DNA of 64,000 nucleotides from Deltaproteobacteria bacterium. GTDB lineage: Bacteria > Myxococcota_A > UBA9160 > SMWR01. The DNA is taken from assembly GCA_032128115.1 (NCBI GenBank), contig JAQBHB010000051.1, forward strand, positions 18,629 to 82,628, read 5' to 3'. Both the position numbers and the translations under genes were made by a program. The notes beneath the pieces are model-generated. The model did not search any database. It worked only from the letters and a program-made list of their open reading frames with translations, and was not told the origin of the DNA. Numbering within the stretch: position 1 is the first letter of the stretch; each line of letters opens with the position of its first letter. Shown here piece after piece: positions 50,057 through 59,388 of this stretch.

Positions 50057-51531
50057 GCCGGACTCCGTTCGATATGACCCACCCAGCCCGGGTGGGCGGC
50101 GAAGATGTGTTTCGATTTGACGTCGTCCAGGGCAATCTCCCGGGTTTCGAAGTCTCTCGATACCTGGAACACCCGGATGTCGTCGGGCGTGCGCACGGCG
50201 GTGACGCGCGGACCCGGGTCGTTGATGGGCTCCCAGATCTTGGGGATGCGGCGCTCGTCGAAGCCCATCAGCCGCACCGCCACCAGGTCCAGGGCCACCG
50301 GATCGGTGGAGGCCACCACGGCACCCAGGGGTACGTCCACCGGCGCCAGCGGGCCCTCGCCCTCGCCAGCCACGATGCCGTCGAGCACCGTGAGCACGCG
50401 GCGCACTGGAGCGTTCGCATCCAGGTGGAGCCCACTCCGATCGCTGTAATAAAGGCAGCGGTTCAGGTCCAGGGACATGCGCCAGGTGGTCCGGTTTCCC
50501 CACCAGTTGCCGGCGCGGATGAAGGCGTCGCCCCGGGTGGCGCGCTCCAGGCGGCGTACCGTGCGGAAGATTGGGAGCCCGCGGCCCCGGGCCAGCCAGG
50601 GGCGCGCGATCTCGGTGGCGCGACTGCGGACCCGGTCGATCAAGCGATCGTCGGGGAACTCGTCTCCGCCGCTGGCCAGCGAGCCCACGCAGTGATGGGG
50701 CAGCCAGTTCTTGTCGCCGTTGATCCCCACCAGGTTCTTGAGCGCCAGGGTGACGCCCGTCTTCTTGTGGGTCTTGAGCTTGGGAAGGTTCACCACCAGG
50801 TCGGCGGCGAGCACCGTCTCGGACAGCAGGTAGCGGTTCACGCCCTGCTGGTGGTTCTCGGAGGTATCCTTCGGATCGTAGTCGGCCCCGCGGAAGCGCA
50901 CGGGATCCAGGCCCGAGCCGTGGAAGAAGCTCCGCTCCCCCAGGTCCACCACCCGGTAGCCCGCCGGGTCGCCGGAGAGTTTGCGCCGCTCCACCACGAT
51001 GCCGTCGCGGAAGACCACGGTTTCCCGGCGCAGGTCGATGATCTCGATCTCCCGTTGGAGTGTGCGCTCGTAGAACCGGACCAGGACATCCAGGCCCGCG
51101 ATCTCGCGGATGCGGTCGAAGTCGCAGTCGTGCTGTGGCGCCTCGGCGATGGCCACGGACCCCTCGGCGCCCACTGCCAGGAAGGAGTAATCCGCCAGCG
51201 CGCGCAGGATCGATCCGTGGGTGATCACGCTCGCAACCGTTGCGCCTTCCGCCGGATTCCAGTGACGGATGAAGTTGGGCTTCAGGACGACCCGCCCGCC
51301 CCGCGCCACCAGGGCGCCCAGGGGATTCCAGTCGGCGCTGCCGAAGCGGTCCGCGTCGAGGCCGAGTCCTCGCAGCGCGGCTCGAGCGGCGGCGTAGGGT
51401 GCGTTGGCGCCGCCCTCCCGGGCGGCGTCCCCGAGCAGCGTCAGCAACTCCGGGTATTCCCTTCCCGGGTGGAAGGGGGGCGTCGTGTCCCCGTAGTGGG
51501 GGTCCGTATGCGCCAGCCCGACCCGGATCAC
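50053..51531 (-). CDS. DUF362 domain protein
   Basis: VVLKPN, NLPKLKTHKKTGVTLALKNLVG, DGIVAGEGEGP. Confidence 0.82.
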   Translation of the reverse strand: MIRVGLAHTDPHYGDTTPPFHPGREYPELLTLLGDAAREGGANAPYAAARAALRGLGLDADRFGSADWNPLGALVARGGRVVLKPNFIRHWNPAEGATVASVITHGSILRALADYSFLAVGAEGSVAIAEAPQHDCDFDRIREIAGLDVLVRFYERTLQREIEIIDLRRETVVFRDGIVVERRKLSGDPAGYRVVDLGERSFFHGSGLDPVRFRGADYDPKDTSENHQQGVNRYLLSETVLAADLVVNLPKLKTHKKTGVTLALKNLVGINGDKNWLPHHCVGSLASGGDEFPDDRLIDRVRSRATEIARPWLARGRGLPIFRTVRRLERATRGDAFIRAGNWWGNRTTWRMSLDLNRCLYYSDRSGLHLDANAPVRRVLTVLDGIVAGEGEGPLAPVDVPLGAVVASTDPVALDLVAVRLMGFDERRIPKIWEPINDPGPRVTAVRTPDDIRVFQVSRDFETREIALDDVKSKHIFAAHPGWVGHIERSPA

Positions 51532-52910
51532 CCGGCGATTCCTCCCACTCGCGACTTCACGGCGCGGAACTTGCCGTTGGCCTCCCGTGGGATGGCGTCC
51601 ACCCGGCGCACGTTCACGCCGATCTCCTCCCCCAGGCGCGAGCGGATCTCCTTGAGGAGGCTCCGCTCGCTGTCCGCCTTCCAGCTGGGGCGTGTCACCA
51701 CGAGCACATCGATGGCCTCCTGCGTCTCCTGCAGGATCTGTGCTTCGGCCACGTCGCGCTGCTCCTTGAAGATGTGGTCCAGGCGACCGACCCGCCGTCC
51801 GTCGGGGGTCACCACGTAGTCCTCGATCCGCCCATCCACGTCGGCATACACGTCCCCGGGCCGCCCGCACGGACAGGGCTGCTTGAGGCGGGTGCCCACA
51901 TCGCCGATCCGGTAGCGCAGGAACGCGCAGGCGTCGTTGCCCAGCCCCGTTACCAGCAGCGGGCCGCGCACGTACTCGTCGGTCTCCTCGGTCTTCTCCA
52001 CCTCGACGATGCAGAACTCCATATCCACGTGGAGCCGGTTCTCGGGACACGCGGTCATGGAGACCGAAAACTCGCTGGTGCCGTAGCGGTCGCGCACGGG
52101 CGCACCGAAGGCCCGCTCGATGGTCTCGCGTTGGAACGCCAGCAGCGACTCCGACGACGTGAACACTGCAGCCAGGCGCCCCGTAGGAAGCGGCCGCCCC
52201 GCCTCGAGCATGGCCGTTCCCAGCAGGTGCATGGACGACGGGTAGCCCTGGGCGTAACGCGCTGGCCGTTCGTGGATGGCGTCCAGATAGGCGGGCAGGT
52301 TCTCGGGCGACATGTGATAGAGCGAGAACAGCGTCTGCCCGCCGTGGCGGTTGCCGCGCCAGAAGGGGGGGCGGCGCTGTCCGAAGGGAACGATCATCTG
52401 CCCCCCGAAGGACAGGTGCGGATCGGCGAGCCCTACGCCCGAACGCCGTCGCAGGCGCCAGACGCTGGCGTATTCCTCGGCCAGGGTCTGCGCGGTGTAC
52501 CACAAAGGGAGTGCGCTTCCGGTGGTGCCGCTGGTCTTGCTGCGTCGCAGCTGACGCGGCGGGATGTCGCGCGCCACGAAGTCCCTGGCGTTTGCCCGGT
52601 ATTCCTCCTTGGAGAGCGGCGGAATGGATTCCAGGGTCCGCGCCAGGGCCTCGGCGGGGTCGTCGTCGTCGGCGGCGGGCGGCAGATCGCGATACCGGGG
52701 CACGTGGCGGCGACAGCGCTCCACCAGGCGCGAGAGGCGCTGCTGCTGGAGGGCGTGGAGCCCCTCGATGGGTCCGCGCCCCGTGCGCTCCCAATCGGCC
52801 AGGGTGCGATGGAAGTGCGCAGTGAAGCGCTCGCGGGACCGGGCGTATCCGGCCCATGAGCAGGCCAGGTTCTGCGCGAAGATCGGAAGGCGCTGATAGA
52901 TCCCGTTCAC
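51528..52910 (-). CDS. Phenylacetate-CoA ligase-like adenylate-forming enzyme (CapK-like)
   Basis: TSGTTG, DRYGTSE, RYRIGD, GKFR. Confidence 0.85.
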   Translation of the reverse strand: MNGIYQRLPIFAQNLACSWAGYARSRERFTAHFHRTLADWERTGRGPIEGLHALQQQRLSRLVERCRRHVPRYRDLPPAADDDDPAEALARTLESIPPLSKEEYRANARDFVARDIPPRQLRRSKTSGTTGSALPLWYTAQTLAEEYASVWRLRRRSGVGLADPHLSFGGQMIVPFGQRRPPFWRGNRHGGQTLFSLYHMSPENLPAYLDAIHERPARYAQGYPSSMHLLGTAMLEAGRPLPTGRLAAVFTSSESLLAFQRETIERAFGAPVRDRYGTSEFSVSMTACPENRLHVDMEFCIVEVEKTEETDEYVRGPLLVTGLGNDACAFLRYRIGDVGTRLKQPCPCGRPGDVYADVDGRIEDYVVTPDGRRVGRLDHIFKEQRDVAEAQILQETQEAIDVLVVTRPSWKADSERSLLKEIRSRLGEEIGVNVRRVDAIPREANGKFRAVKSRVGGIAG

Positions 52911-52918
52911 GCGCCCCC

Positions 52919-53575
52919 CTAGTCGGGCAGGTAGGCGGGAAGCCGCGGAACGATCTGCGACGCCAGGTCGTGGAAGGCGGCTTTGGCCTGCTCTTCGTCG
53001 CCGCGCTCGATGGGCACGGTGAACCGAACCAGGGCGCCGTCGGTGCGGTGGAGTGTCGCGCGGTCCCAGAACTGGTGAACGATCTTCATCCAGTCCTCGG
53101 CGATCACACGCCCCCGCGACTGGTACCAGTAGTAGACCAGCGCGCGGGTTTCACCCTTGGCGATCACCAGGCGATTGATGGAGGCGTCGGGCCGGGCGGG
53201 GTCCACTTCGAGCGGCACGATCTCCGACGCGATGATGTCCCAACCAGAACCGGGCAGGCAGTGCTTCGGCGGGTGGATGGCCGTGGAAGCGGCGCCGCCC
53301 TCTTTTCGCACCTGGGTCTCGTGGTAACCCACGTAGACCCCCACCACCTCGCGCGGGAAACTGCGGCGGTAGGCACACTGTAGATAGTCGGTAACGTCCA
53401 GGGCCCGGATGATGTTGTCGCCGACCTTCTCGCGTTCGGCGCAACCCCACTCGCCGAGCTCCAATGGGAAGGTCTCGAAGAGCTCGCGGGGCGGGTGGAT
53501 CTCGACCGTGGCCAGGAAGTGATAGGTGTAGAGGTTCAGGGCCAGGAATCCGAGTGCGACGGCGATCTTGATCAC
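52919..53575 (-). CDS. epsI: Exosortase-associated EpsI family protein
   Basis: IHPPKHCLPGSGW, YYWYQSRGR, RTDGALVR; coupled to exosortase. Confidence 0.88.
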   Translation of the reverse strand: MIKIAVALGFLALNLYTYHFLATVEIHPPRELFETFPLELGEWGCAEREKVGDNIIRALDVTDYLQCAYRRSFPREVVGVYVGYHETQVRKEGGAASTAIHPPKHCLPGSGWDIIASEIVPLEVDPARPDASINRLVIAKGETRALVYYWYQSRGRVIAEDWMKIVHQFWDRATLHRTDGALVRFTVPIERGDEEQAKAAFHDLASQIVPRLPAYLPD

Positions 53576-54492
53576 GTGGCGGGCCTCCGAACCGGTCGCC
53601 GACGACGGCGGCGGGGCAAGAGGATCTGGAGCAGCCAGGCCTCCAGGAGCAGCAGGGCAAAGGCCAGGCCGAAGGTGAAGAATCCCTCGGTCTGGTGAAT
53701 CATGCCCTCGGCCACGGCATCGCCGAAGTGGTGGGCCAGGTAGCCCGTGAGCGCGACGCGGAAGGCGTTGACCAGGATCGCGATGGGAATCGCCGAAGCG
53801 ACGACGATGACCCGCTCCCACCAGCTCTTGCGGAAGAAGTAGGCGAAGACGATGGCCAGGGTACCCAGGGCCATCAACGAGCGCAGGCCGCTGCAGGCCT
53901 CCGCCACGAACAGCTGGGTGTTGGCCAGGTGGATGATGTTGCCCTCGCGCAGGGCGGGCACACCAAACCAGTAGAGGGAGTTCACGGCCGCGTCCGCCGC
54001 CACCAGTTGCAGCGGGAAGGAGACCACGTTCACCAGCGACTGGGGCAGGGGCACCATCAGGAACAGGAAGACCAGGGGGAAGGCCAGGATCCGGAAGACC
54101 ACGGGGCCCAGCAGCAGCAAGATCAGGCCGATCACGGTCACCACGAACGAGCCGCGCATGGCCATCTGCTCGACGCCCAGGCGCCCGACCATCAGGGCCA
54201 GGGAGCCGATGGCCAGCGGCAGCAGGCCCCACCAGCTGGGCTCGATGGGCGCGATCCGCAGGGCGCCGCGTCGTTCCCAGGCGAAGTACAGGGCCAGGGG
54301 AACGATCAGGAAGCCGTGGGAGTAGTCGTCCGACCCCCGCCAATGGCGGATCATGTAGTAGAGGATGGGGCTGAAGATGGCGATGGCGAGCGCGATCGTC
54401 GAAACGGTCGCGACCACGGCGGGACGCCGCGCAACGGGGTCGGGCCTCGTAGGCGTCGTTCCTACCTGGGACGTATCCACGCCCGTCGTCAA
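53572..54492 (-). CDS. Exosortase (EpsH/Xrt family)
   Basis: DYSHG, VAEACSGLRS (Cys), NAFRV (Arg), HQTEG (His); multi-TM. Confidence 0.93.
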   Translation of the reverse strand: MTTGVDTSQVGTTPTRPDPVARRPAVVATVSTIALAIAIFSPILYYMIRHWRGSDDYSHGFLIVPLALYFAWERRGALRIAPIEPSWWGLLPLAIGSLALMVGRLGVEQMAMRGSFVVTVIGLILLLLGPVVFRILAFPLVFLFLMVPLPQSLVNVVSFPLQLVAADAAVNSLYWFGVPALREGNIIHLANTQLFVAEACSGLRSLMALGTLAIVFAYFFRKSWWERVIVVASAIPIAILVNAFRVALTGYLAHHFGDAVAEGMIHQTEGFFTFGLAFALLLLEAWLLQILLPRRRRRRPVRRPAT

Positions 54493-54550
54493 TCGAGCTT
54501 CCCCCCCGGGCCCCTGGCCCCGGTTCTGGCCCCTGGAATTGCAGCGGGTC

Positions 54551-54700
54551 TCAGAACAGCGCGTAGATGAACGGGGCCACGGCAGATCCTTCGGTCAGAA
54601 CGATCAGGACCGAAAGCAGGAGCATCGTGAGCACGATCGGACCCAGCCACCACTTCTTGCGAATCCGCATGAAGGCCCAGAGTTCACCGAGAATTCCCAT
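54551..54700 (-). CDS. DUF5989 (SxtK-like) small membrane protein
   Basis: RKKWWLGP...SAVAPFIYALF signature. Confidence 0.85.
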   Translation of the reverse strand: MGILGELWAFMRIRKKWWLGPIVLTMLLLSVLIVLTEGSAVAPFIYALF

Positions 54701-54781
54701 CCGGCCCGCAAGGCCGCTTCTGCTACGCGCCATCGAATCTCCTCGTCTCGCCCGGACACTGCACCGGGCGTGGGGGGGGGG

Positions 54782-56521
54782 TCAGTCGAGCTCGAAACGC
54801 TCGCGCCAGTCGATCTCCTCGTGCAGCTCGGGCTGCTCCTCCTTCAGGAGGATCTGGTTGCCCAGCACCAGGACGTCCATGTTCGTGCGCATGAAGCAGA
54901 GGTACGCATCGTCCGGACTGAGGACGATCGGCTCGCCGCGCACATTGAAAGATGTGTTGATGACGACCGGGCATCCCGTGCGCCGGTCGAACTCACTGAT
55001 CAGGTCGTAGAACTCCGGGTGGTTCTCACGAGTCACCGTCTGGAGGCGCGCCGAGCCGTCCACGTGGGTGACCGCGGGGATGTTGCGGCCTTCCTTCACC
55101 TGGCAGACCAGCAGCATGTAGGGGCTCTCCCGGTCGATCTCGAACCAGTCGGACGCCTTTTCGGCCAACACCGCCGGGGCGAACGGCCGGAAGCTCTCGC
55201 GGAACTTGATCTTCAGATTCACGCGCTTCCAGTTGTCGGAATTGCGCGGGTCGGCCAGGATGCTGCGGCTACCCAGGGCCCGCGGGCCCCACTCGTTTCG
55301 CCCCTGGAACCAGCCCACCACCGCCTGGTCCGCGTCCAGGCGGCGCGCCGTCTCCTCTATCATCTCGCTGCGGCTCACGCTGCGGTAGGGCGCCCCGCGC
55401 CCGTCCAGGTACTGCTGGATCGCCTCGTCCCGGTAGGCCGGGCCCCAGAACGCGTGATCCATGCGGAAGTTCCGGGGCTTGCCAAGGACCGCGTTGTGCA
55501 CGAACAACGCCGCGCCCAGGGCTCCGCCCGCGTCGCCCGCGGCGGGCTGCACCCAGAGCTGCTCGAAGGGTCCCTCGCGGACGATTCGGCCGTTGGCCAC
55601 GCAGTTCAGGGCCACGCCGCCGGCCATGCACAGGTTCTTCATGCCGGTCCGCGTGTGCAGGTCGTTCACGATCCGGAGCACGATCTCCTCGGTGACCTTC
55701 TGCACGCTCGCCGCCATGTCCCAGTGGAACTGCTCCATCTTGTCTTCCGAGCCGCGCACCGGATGTTCGAAGAGCGCATCGAAGCGGCGGTTGGTCATGG
55801 TCAGGCCGTAGTCGTACGCGAAGTAACGCATGTTCATCTTGAACGAACCGTCGTCGCGGAGATCGACCAGCTCAGTGAAGATCTTGTCTACGTAGCGGGG
55901 CGTTCCGTAGGGAGCGGCGCCCATCACCTTGTATTCGGCGCTGTTGACCTTGAATCCCAGGTAGTAGGTGAAGGCGCTGTAGAGAAGCCCCAGAGAGTGG
56001 GGGAAGCGGATCTCGTTGATCAGGTCGAAGCAGTTGCCCCGGCCCACACCCTGGGTGGTGGTGGCCCATTCGCCCACGCCGTCACACGTGAGGATCGCGG
56101 CCTCCTCGAAGGGAGAGGCCAGGAACGCCGAAGCGGCGTGGGACTGGTGGTGCTCGGCGAAGAGCACCTCGCCCGTGAAGCCCAGGCGCTTGCGGATCTC
56201 GTTGGGAATCCAGAGCTTCTCCTTCATCCAGATGGGAATCGACCTGGCGAAGGAGGGCAGGGAGCGGGGGAACGTGGCCAGGTAGGTGGTGAGGATGCGC
56301 TCGAACTTGACGAACGGCTTGTCGTAGAAGGCCACGTAGTCCAGGTCATCGATCTTCAACCCGGCTGCTTCGAGGCAATAGGCCACGGCGTTCTCGGGCA
56401 GGTCCGGATCGTGGCGCACGCGGGTGAAGCGCTCTTCGTGGGCGGCGGCCACCAGATCGCCGTCGCGCAGGAGCGCCGCCGCGGCGTCGTGGTAGTAGCT
56501 GGAGATTCCGAGGATGTTCAC
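54782..56521 (-). CDS. O-carbamoyltransferase (NodU/CmcH family)
   Basis: YHDAAA, EERFTR, EHHQSHAASAF, GGVALNC, KFRESFRPFAP, NTSFNVRGEP. Confidence 0.93.
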   Translation of the reverse strand: MNILGISSYYHDAAAALLRDGDLVAAAHEERFTRVRHDPDLPENAVAYCLEAAGLKIDDLDYVAFYDKPFVKFERILTTYLATFPRSLPSFARSIPIWMKEKLWIPNEIRKRLGFTGEVLFAEHHQSHAASAFLASPFEEAAILTCDGVGEWATTTQGVGRGNCFDLINEIRFPHSLGLLYSAFTYYLGFKVNSAEYKVMGAAPYGTPRYVDKIFTELVDLRDDGSFKMNMRYFAYDYGLTMTNRRFDALFEHPVRGSEDKMEQFHWDMAASVQKVTEEIVLRIVNDLHTRTGMKNLCMAGGVALNCVANGRIVREGPFEQLWVQPAAGDAGGALGAALFVHNAVLGKPRNFRMDHAFWGPAYRDEAIQQYLDGRGAPYRSVSRSEMIEETARRLDADQAVVGWFQGRNEWGPRALGSRSILADPRNSDNWKRVNLKIKFRESFRPFAPAVLAEKASDWFEIDRESPYMLLVCQVKEGRNIPAVTHVDGSARLQTVTRENHPEFYDLISEFDRRTGCPVVINTSFNVRGEPIVLSPDDAYLCFMRTNMDVLVLGNQILLKEEQPELHEEIDWRERFELD

Positions 56522-56538
56522 GACTCGTTCCCGTGTTG

Positions 56539-56874
56539 CTACGAGGTTAGTTTCGCGCGTTCCAGATCAGCGCCGCCGCTCTCCGACTTGCGCCAGGCGC
56601 TTCCGGGAATTCTCAGGCGCCGCTTGTCCAGCAGATCGCGCCGACTCGCGGCGAGTGCGAGCCCCACGGGACCCAGGAGGAGCCCGTAGAACAGGGTAAG
56701 GATCACGAGCGTCTGTACGTATCCGAAGCGCCCGATGATCGCCATCCAACCCGCCTTCAACGCCTTCAATCGCTGGCCCAGGCTACCCCCCTTGGCTGAT
56801 CCGGTGTTTCCGGTGTCTGCGCTCCCCGGGGCGCTCCCAGGCACCGCACCCGAGGAGTTTTCACCGGCTCGCAT
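56539..56874 (-). CDS. SxtJ-like membrane protein
   Basis: WM...G...ILTLFYGLLLGPVGL...DLL pattern; adjacent to carbamoyltransferase. Confidence 0.7.
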   Translation of the reverse strand: MRAGENSSGAVPGSAPGSADTGNTGSAKGGSLGQRLKALKAGWMAIIGRFGYVQTLVILTLFYGLLLGPVGLALAASRRDLLDKRRLRIPGSAWRKSESGGADLERAKLTS

Positions 56875-57191
56875 TTCTTTCCTTCAACTTCCCAATCAAA
56901 CAGGGTTTTCAGCGATCCCGACCCGGATTCCGGCGCCCGCTCGAGCAGGCGGAACTCTGCGAAAAGCGTACCACTTTCCGTCCTCGCCCCGCCCGTTCCC
57001 GGCATGCGAATGAGGTCTTTGCCCACATCCACTGGATTCCGAAGAGAAAAGCGGGGTTTCGACTGGTGTTACCGAATCTGGGCCAAAACGGAAATTTTCT
57101 TCCTAGTAGGAAAAGTGCTTCTCATGAAAGGAAAACTATTACACTCTGTTCGCCCGGAAAGAGGGTATCCCACGCGGGTCCGGCCGGGTTC

Positions 57192-57232
57192 GACTGGCAC
57201 GGGACTGGCACGGGACTGGCACGGAAATCGCA
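57192..57232 (+). promoter_or_regulatory. Sigma-54 -24/-12 promoter (TGGCACGGAAATCGCA) within an 11-bp tandem repeat x3
   Basis: GG-N10-GC with TGGCACG; GACTGGCACGG at 57192, 57203, 57214; about 75 bp upstream of ATG 57308. Confidence 0.72.
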
Positions 57233-57307
57233 CTCCGCGCGCACGGCGCAGCGGGTGCAGTGAGCTGAGCGCAAGGGCGTTCCTCACCGAAACGGAGCGA
57301 ACAACGG

Positions 57308-58729
57308 ATGGCTGAACAGTTTCGTGTTCTCGTCATCGATGACGATCCTGGAGTTCGCGACTACATGGAGGCGTTGGTTTCCCGCCAGGGATACCGGGTC
57401 TTCGCGGTTGCGGACGGCGAGCAGGCTCTCAAGACCATCGATGAGACGCAGCCCGACGTCATCACCCTGGATGTGGTGCTTCCGGGCATCGACGGCCTGG
57501 AGACCCTGAGTCGGCTGAAGCAGCGCTCGCCGGACGTACCCGTTGTGATGCTGTCGGGCCACGGTCAGGCGCGCACCATCGTCGAGGCCATGCGGCTGGG
57601 GGCCTCGGACTTCCTGCGCAAGCCATTCGAGGTTGAGGAGCTCGAGCTGGCGTTCCAGAAGGCTCTCGAGAAGCGCGCCCTCAAGCAGGAGGTGGAGCGC
57701 CTGCGCGGCCGAGCCCGGTCCGAAACGGAGCTGCTGCTGTTGTGTGGCGACAATCCGAAGATGAGGGAGATCCGCGACATCATCGAGCAGGTCGCGGATA
57801 CGGACATCACGGTGCTGGTGCGCGGCGATTCGGGAACCGGCAAGGAGCTGGTGGCGCGAACCCTCTTCCAGCTTTCGGACCGGCGGGACAAGCCTTTCGT
57901 GAAGGTCAACTGCGCCGCCCTGCCGTCGGAGCTGCTGGAAAGCGAGCTGTTCGGCTTCGAGAAGGGTGCGTTCACCGGCGCCCAGAAGCGCAAGCTCGGG
58001 AAGTTCGAGTATGCGAACCACGGCACCATCTTCCTGGATGAGATCAGCGAAATGCACCCGGCCCTGCAGGCCAAGCTGCTGCAGGTGCTCCAGGACGGCG
58101 AGTTCTCGCGGCTGGGCGGAGACGGCGACGTGCACGTGGACACGCGAATCATCGCCGCGACCAATCGCAATCTGGAAGAGGCTGTGGGCGACGGCAGCTT
58201 CCGCGAGGACCTGTATTACCGACTCAATGTCGTCACGGTCCACATGCCGCCGCTGCGCGAGCGTCGGGACGCGATTCCGCTGCTCGTGGATCACTTCCTG
58301 AAGAAGAACAACGAGCAGTACCGCAAGAGCGTCAAGGCCCTGAGCGCGGAGACCATGGAGATCTTCATCGGGTACCACTGGCCTGGGAATGTCCGGGAAC
58401 TCGAGAACATGGTTCGCCGGATGGTGGTGCTTGGCAACGAGCAGGCCGTGCTCCAGGAGATCTCCGAACGGGGCGTGGAAGAGCGGCAAGACGAGGCATC
58501 TCGGGGGGGTCTGGACCTGGAGGCCCTGGGTGCCGATTTCTCCAACGGCGAGGGGATGGATCTCAAGGCCATCTCTCGACGTGCCGCTCAGCTTGCGGAG
58601 AAGCGGGTAATCGAGCGCGTGCTCCAGCAGACGCGCTGGAACCGCAAGGAGGCCGCAGCTCGCCTGCAGATCAGTTACAAGGCGCTGCTCTACAAAATGA
58701 AGGAGAACGGGCTCAGTGAAGGGCGCTGA
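57308..58729 (+). CDS. Sigma-54-dependent NtrC-family response regulator (paralogue of 4943-6388)
   Basis: Receiver, GDSGTGKE, GAFTGA, WPGNVRELEN, HTH WNRKEAAARLQISYKALLYK. Confidence 0.94.
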   Translation: MAEQFRVLVIDDDPGVRDYMEALVSRQGYRVFAVADGEQALKTIDETQPDVITLDVVLPGIDGLETLSRLKQRSPDVPVVMLSGHGQARTIVEAMRLGASDFLRKPFEVEELELAFQKALEKRALKQEVERLRGRARSETELLLLCGDNPKMREIRDIIEQVADTDITVLVRGDSGTGKELVARTLFQLSDRRDKPFVKVNCAALPSELLESELFGFEKGAFTGAQKRKLGKFEYANHGTIFLDEISEMHPALQAKLLQVLQDGEFSRLGGDGDVHVDTRIIAATNRNLEEAVGDGSFREDLYYRLNVVTVHMPPLRERRDAIPLLVDHFLKKNNEQYRKSVKALSAETMEIFIGYHWPGNVRELENMVRRMVVLGNEQAVLQEISERGVEERQDEASRGGLDLEALGADFSNGEGMDLKAISRRAAQLAEKRVIERVLQQTRWNRKEAAARLQISYKALLYKMKENGLSEGR

Positions 58730-59375
58730 GACCGTCGTGGAACATCCTTCCGGAGGTTCAGTGGACCGAGTTGGCGCGTACCGATCGGTGGGTTCCCTGT
58801 TGGGATTGGGGCTGCTGTTGCTCGTGGCTTGCATGGGGCGCGGGCTCTCGGCCCCGCCGCCGGATCCGGCGCCCCTGGAGCACCACCCCTACGTGATCGG
58901 GGTGCGCGACATGCTGCGAGTCAACGTGTGGCGCAACCCGGAGATCAGCATGGATGTGATCGTCCGCATGGACGGCAAGATCTCGCTTCCCCTGCTGGAC
59001 GACGTGCAGGCCGAGGGCCTGGTCCCGACGGAGCTCAAGGAGGTGCTGACCCGGGAGTTCAGCGAATTCGTCAGCGCTCCGGATGTGACGGTGATCGTGA
59101 TTCGTATGGATAGCCAGTTCGTCTCGATGATGGGCGACGGGATCCGTCGAAACATGCGGGTCCCCCTGACGTACGACCTGAGGGTGCTGGAGGCCATCGC
59201 CATGGCCGGGGGCTTCACCACCTTCGCCGACAGGGCAGACATCCGCATCGTACGGCGCCACGAAGATGGTACCGAGTTGGAGTACCGCTTCGACTACGGC
59301 GCCTACATCAAGGGCAGAGGAATTGGAACCAACATCGTTCTCCGCAACGGAGACACGGTGATCGTAACGGACTGA
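58716..59375 (+). CDS. wza: Short OPX/Wza-family polysaccharide export lipoprotein
   Basis: Lipobox LVAC, YVIGVRD, VRMDGKISLPLLDDVQAEG, SLBB AMAGGF. Confidence 0.85.
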   Translation: MKGAETVVEHPSGGSVDRVGAYRSVGSLLGLGLLLLVACMGRGLSAPPPDPAPLEHHPYVIGVRDMLRVNVWRNPEISMDVIVRMDGKISLPLLDDVQAEGLVPTELKEVLTREFSEFVSAPDVTVIVIRMDSQFVSMMGDGIRRNMRVPLTYDLRVLEAIAMAGGFTTFADRADIRIVRRHEDGTELEYRFDYGAYIKGRGIGTNIVLRNGDTVIVTD

Positions 59376-59388
59376 TGGAGACCCTCGT

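Noticed and set aside
48724..51819. 1031-aa plus-strand ORF and similar long Arg/Pro/Gly-rich ORFs (e.g. 1418-3652, 3716-6034, 40792-43386, 61010-63688)
   Set aside because: Overlap well-supported genes in other frames and carry no motifs; expected from GC-biased codon usage
54772..54781. G10 homopolymer as a phase-variation switch
   Set aside because: Intergenic, immediately after the carbamoyltransferase stop; cannot shift a frame and no promoter evidence
54551..56874. Saxitoxin biosynthesis cluster
   Set aside because: Only sxtI/J/K-like families present; no sxtA- or sxtG-like core genes
57236..57275. Possible fourth copy of the 29-bp repeat
   Set aside because: Only short GCGCAGCG and GAGCGCA matches; not distinguishable from chance at this GC content
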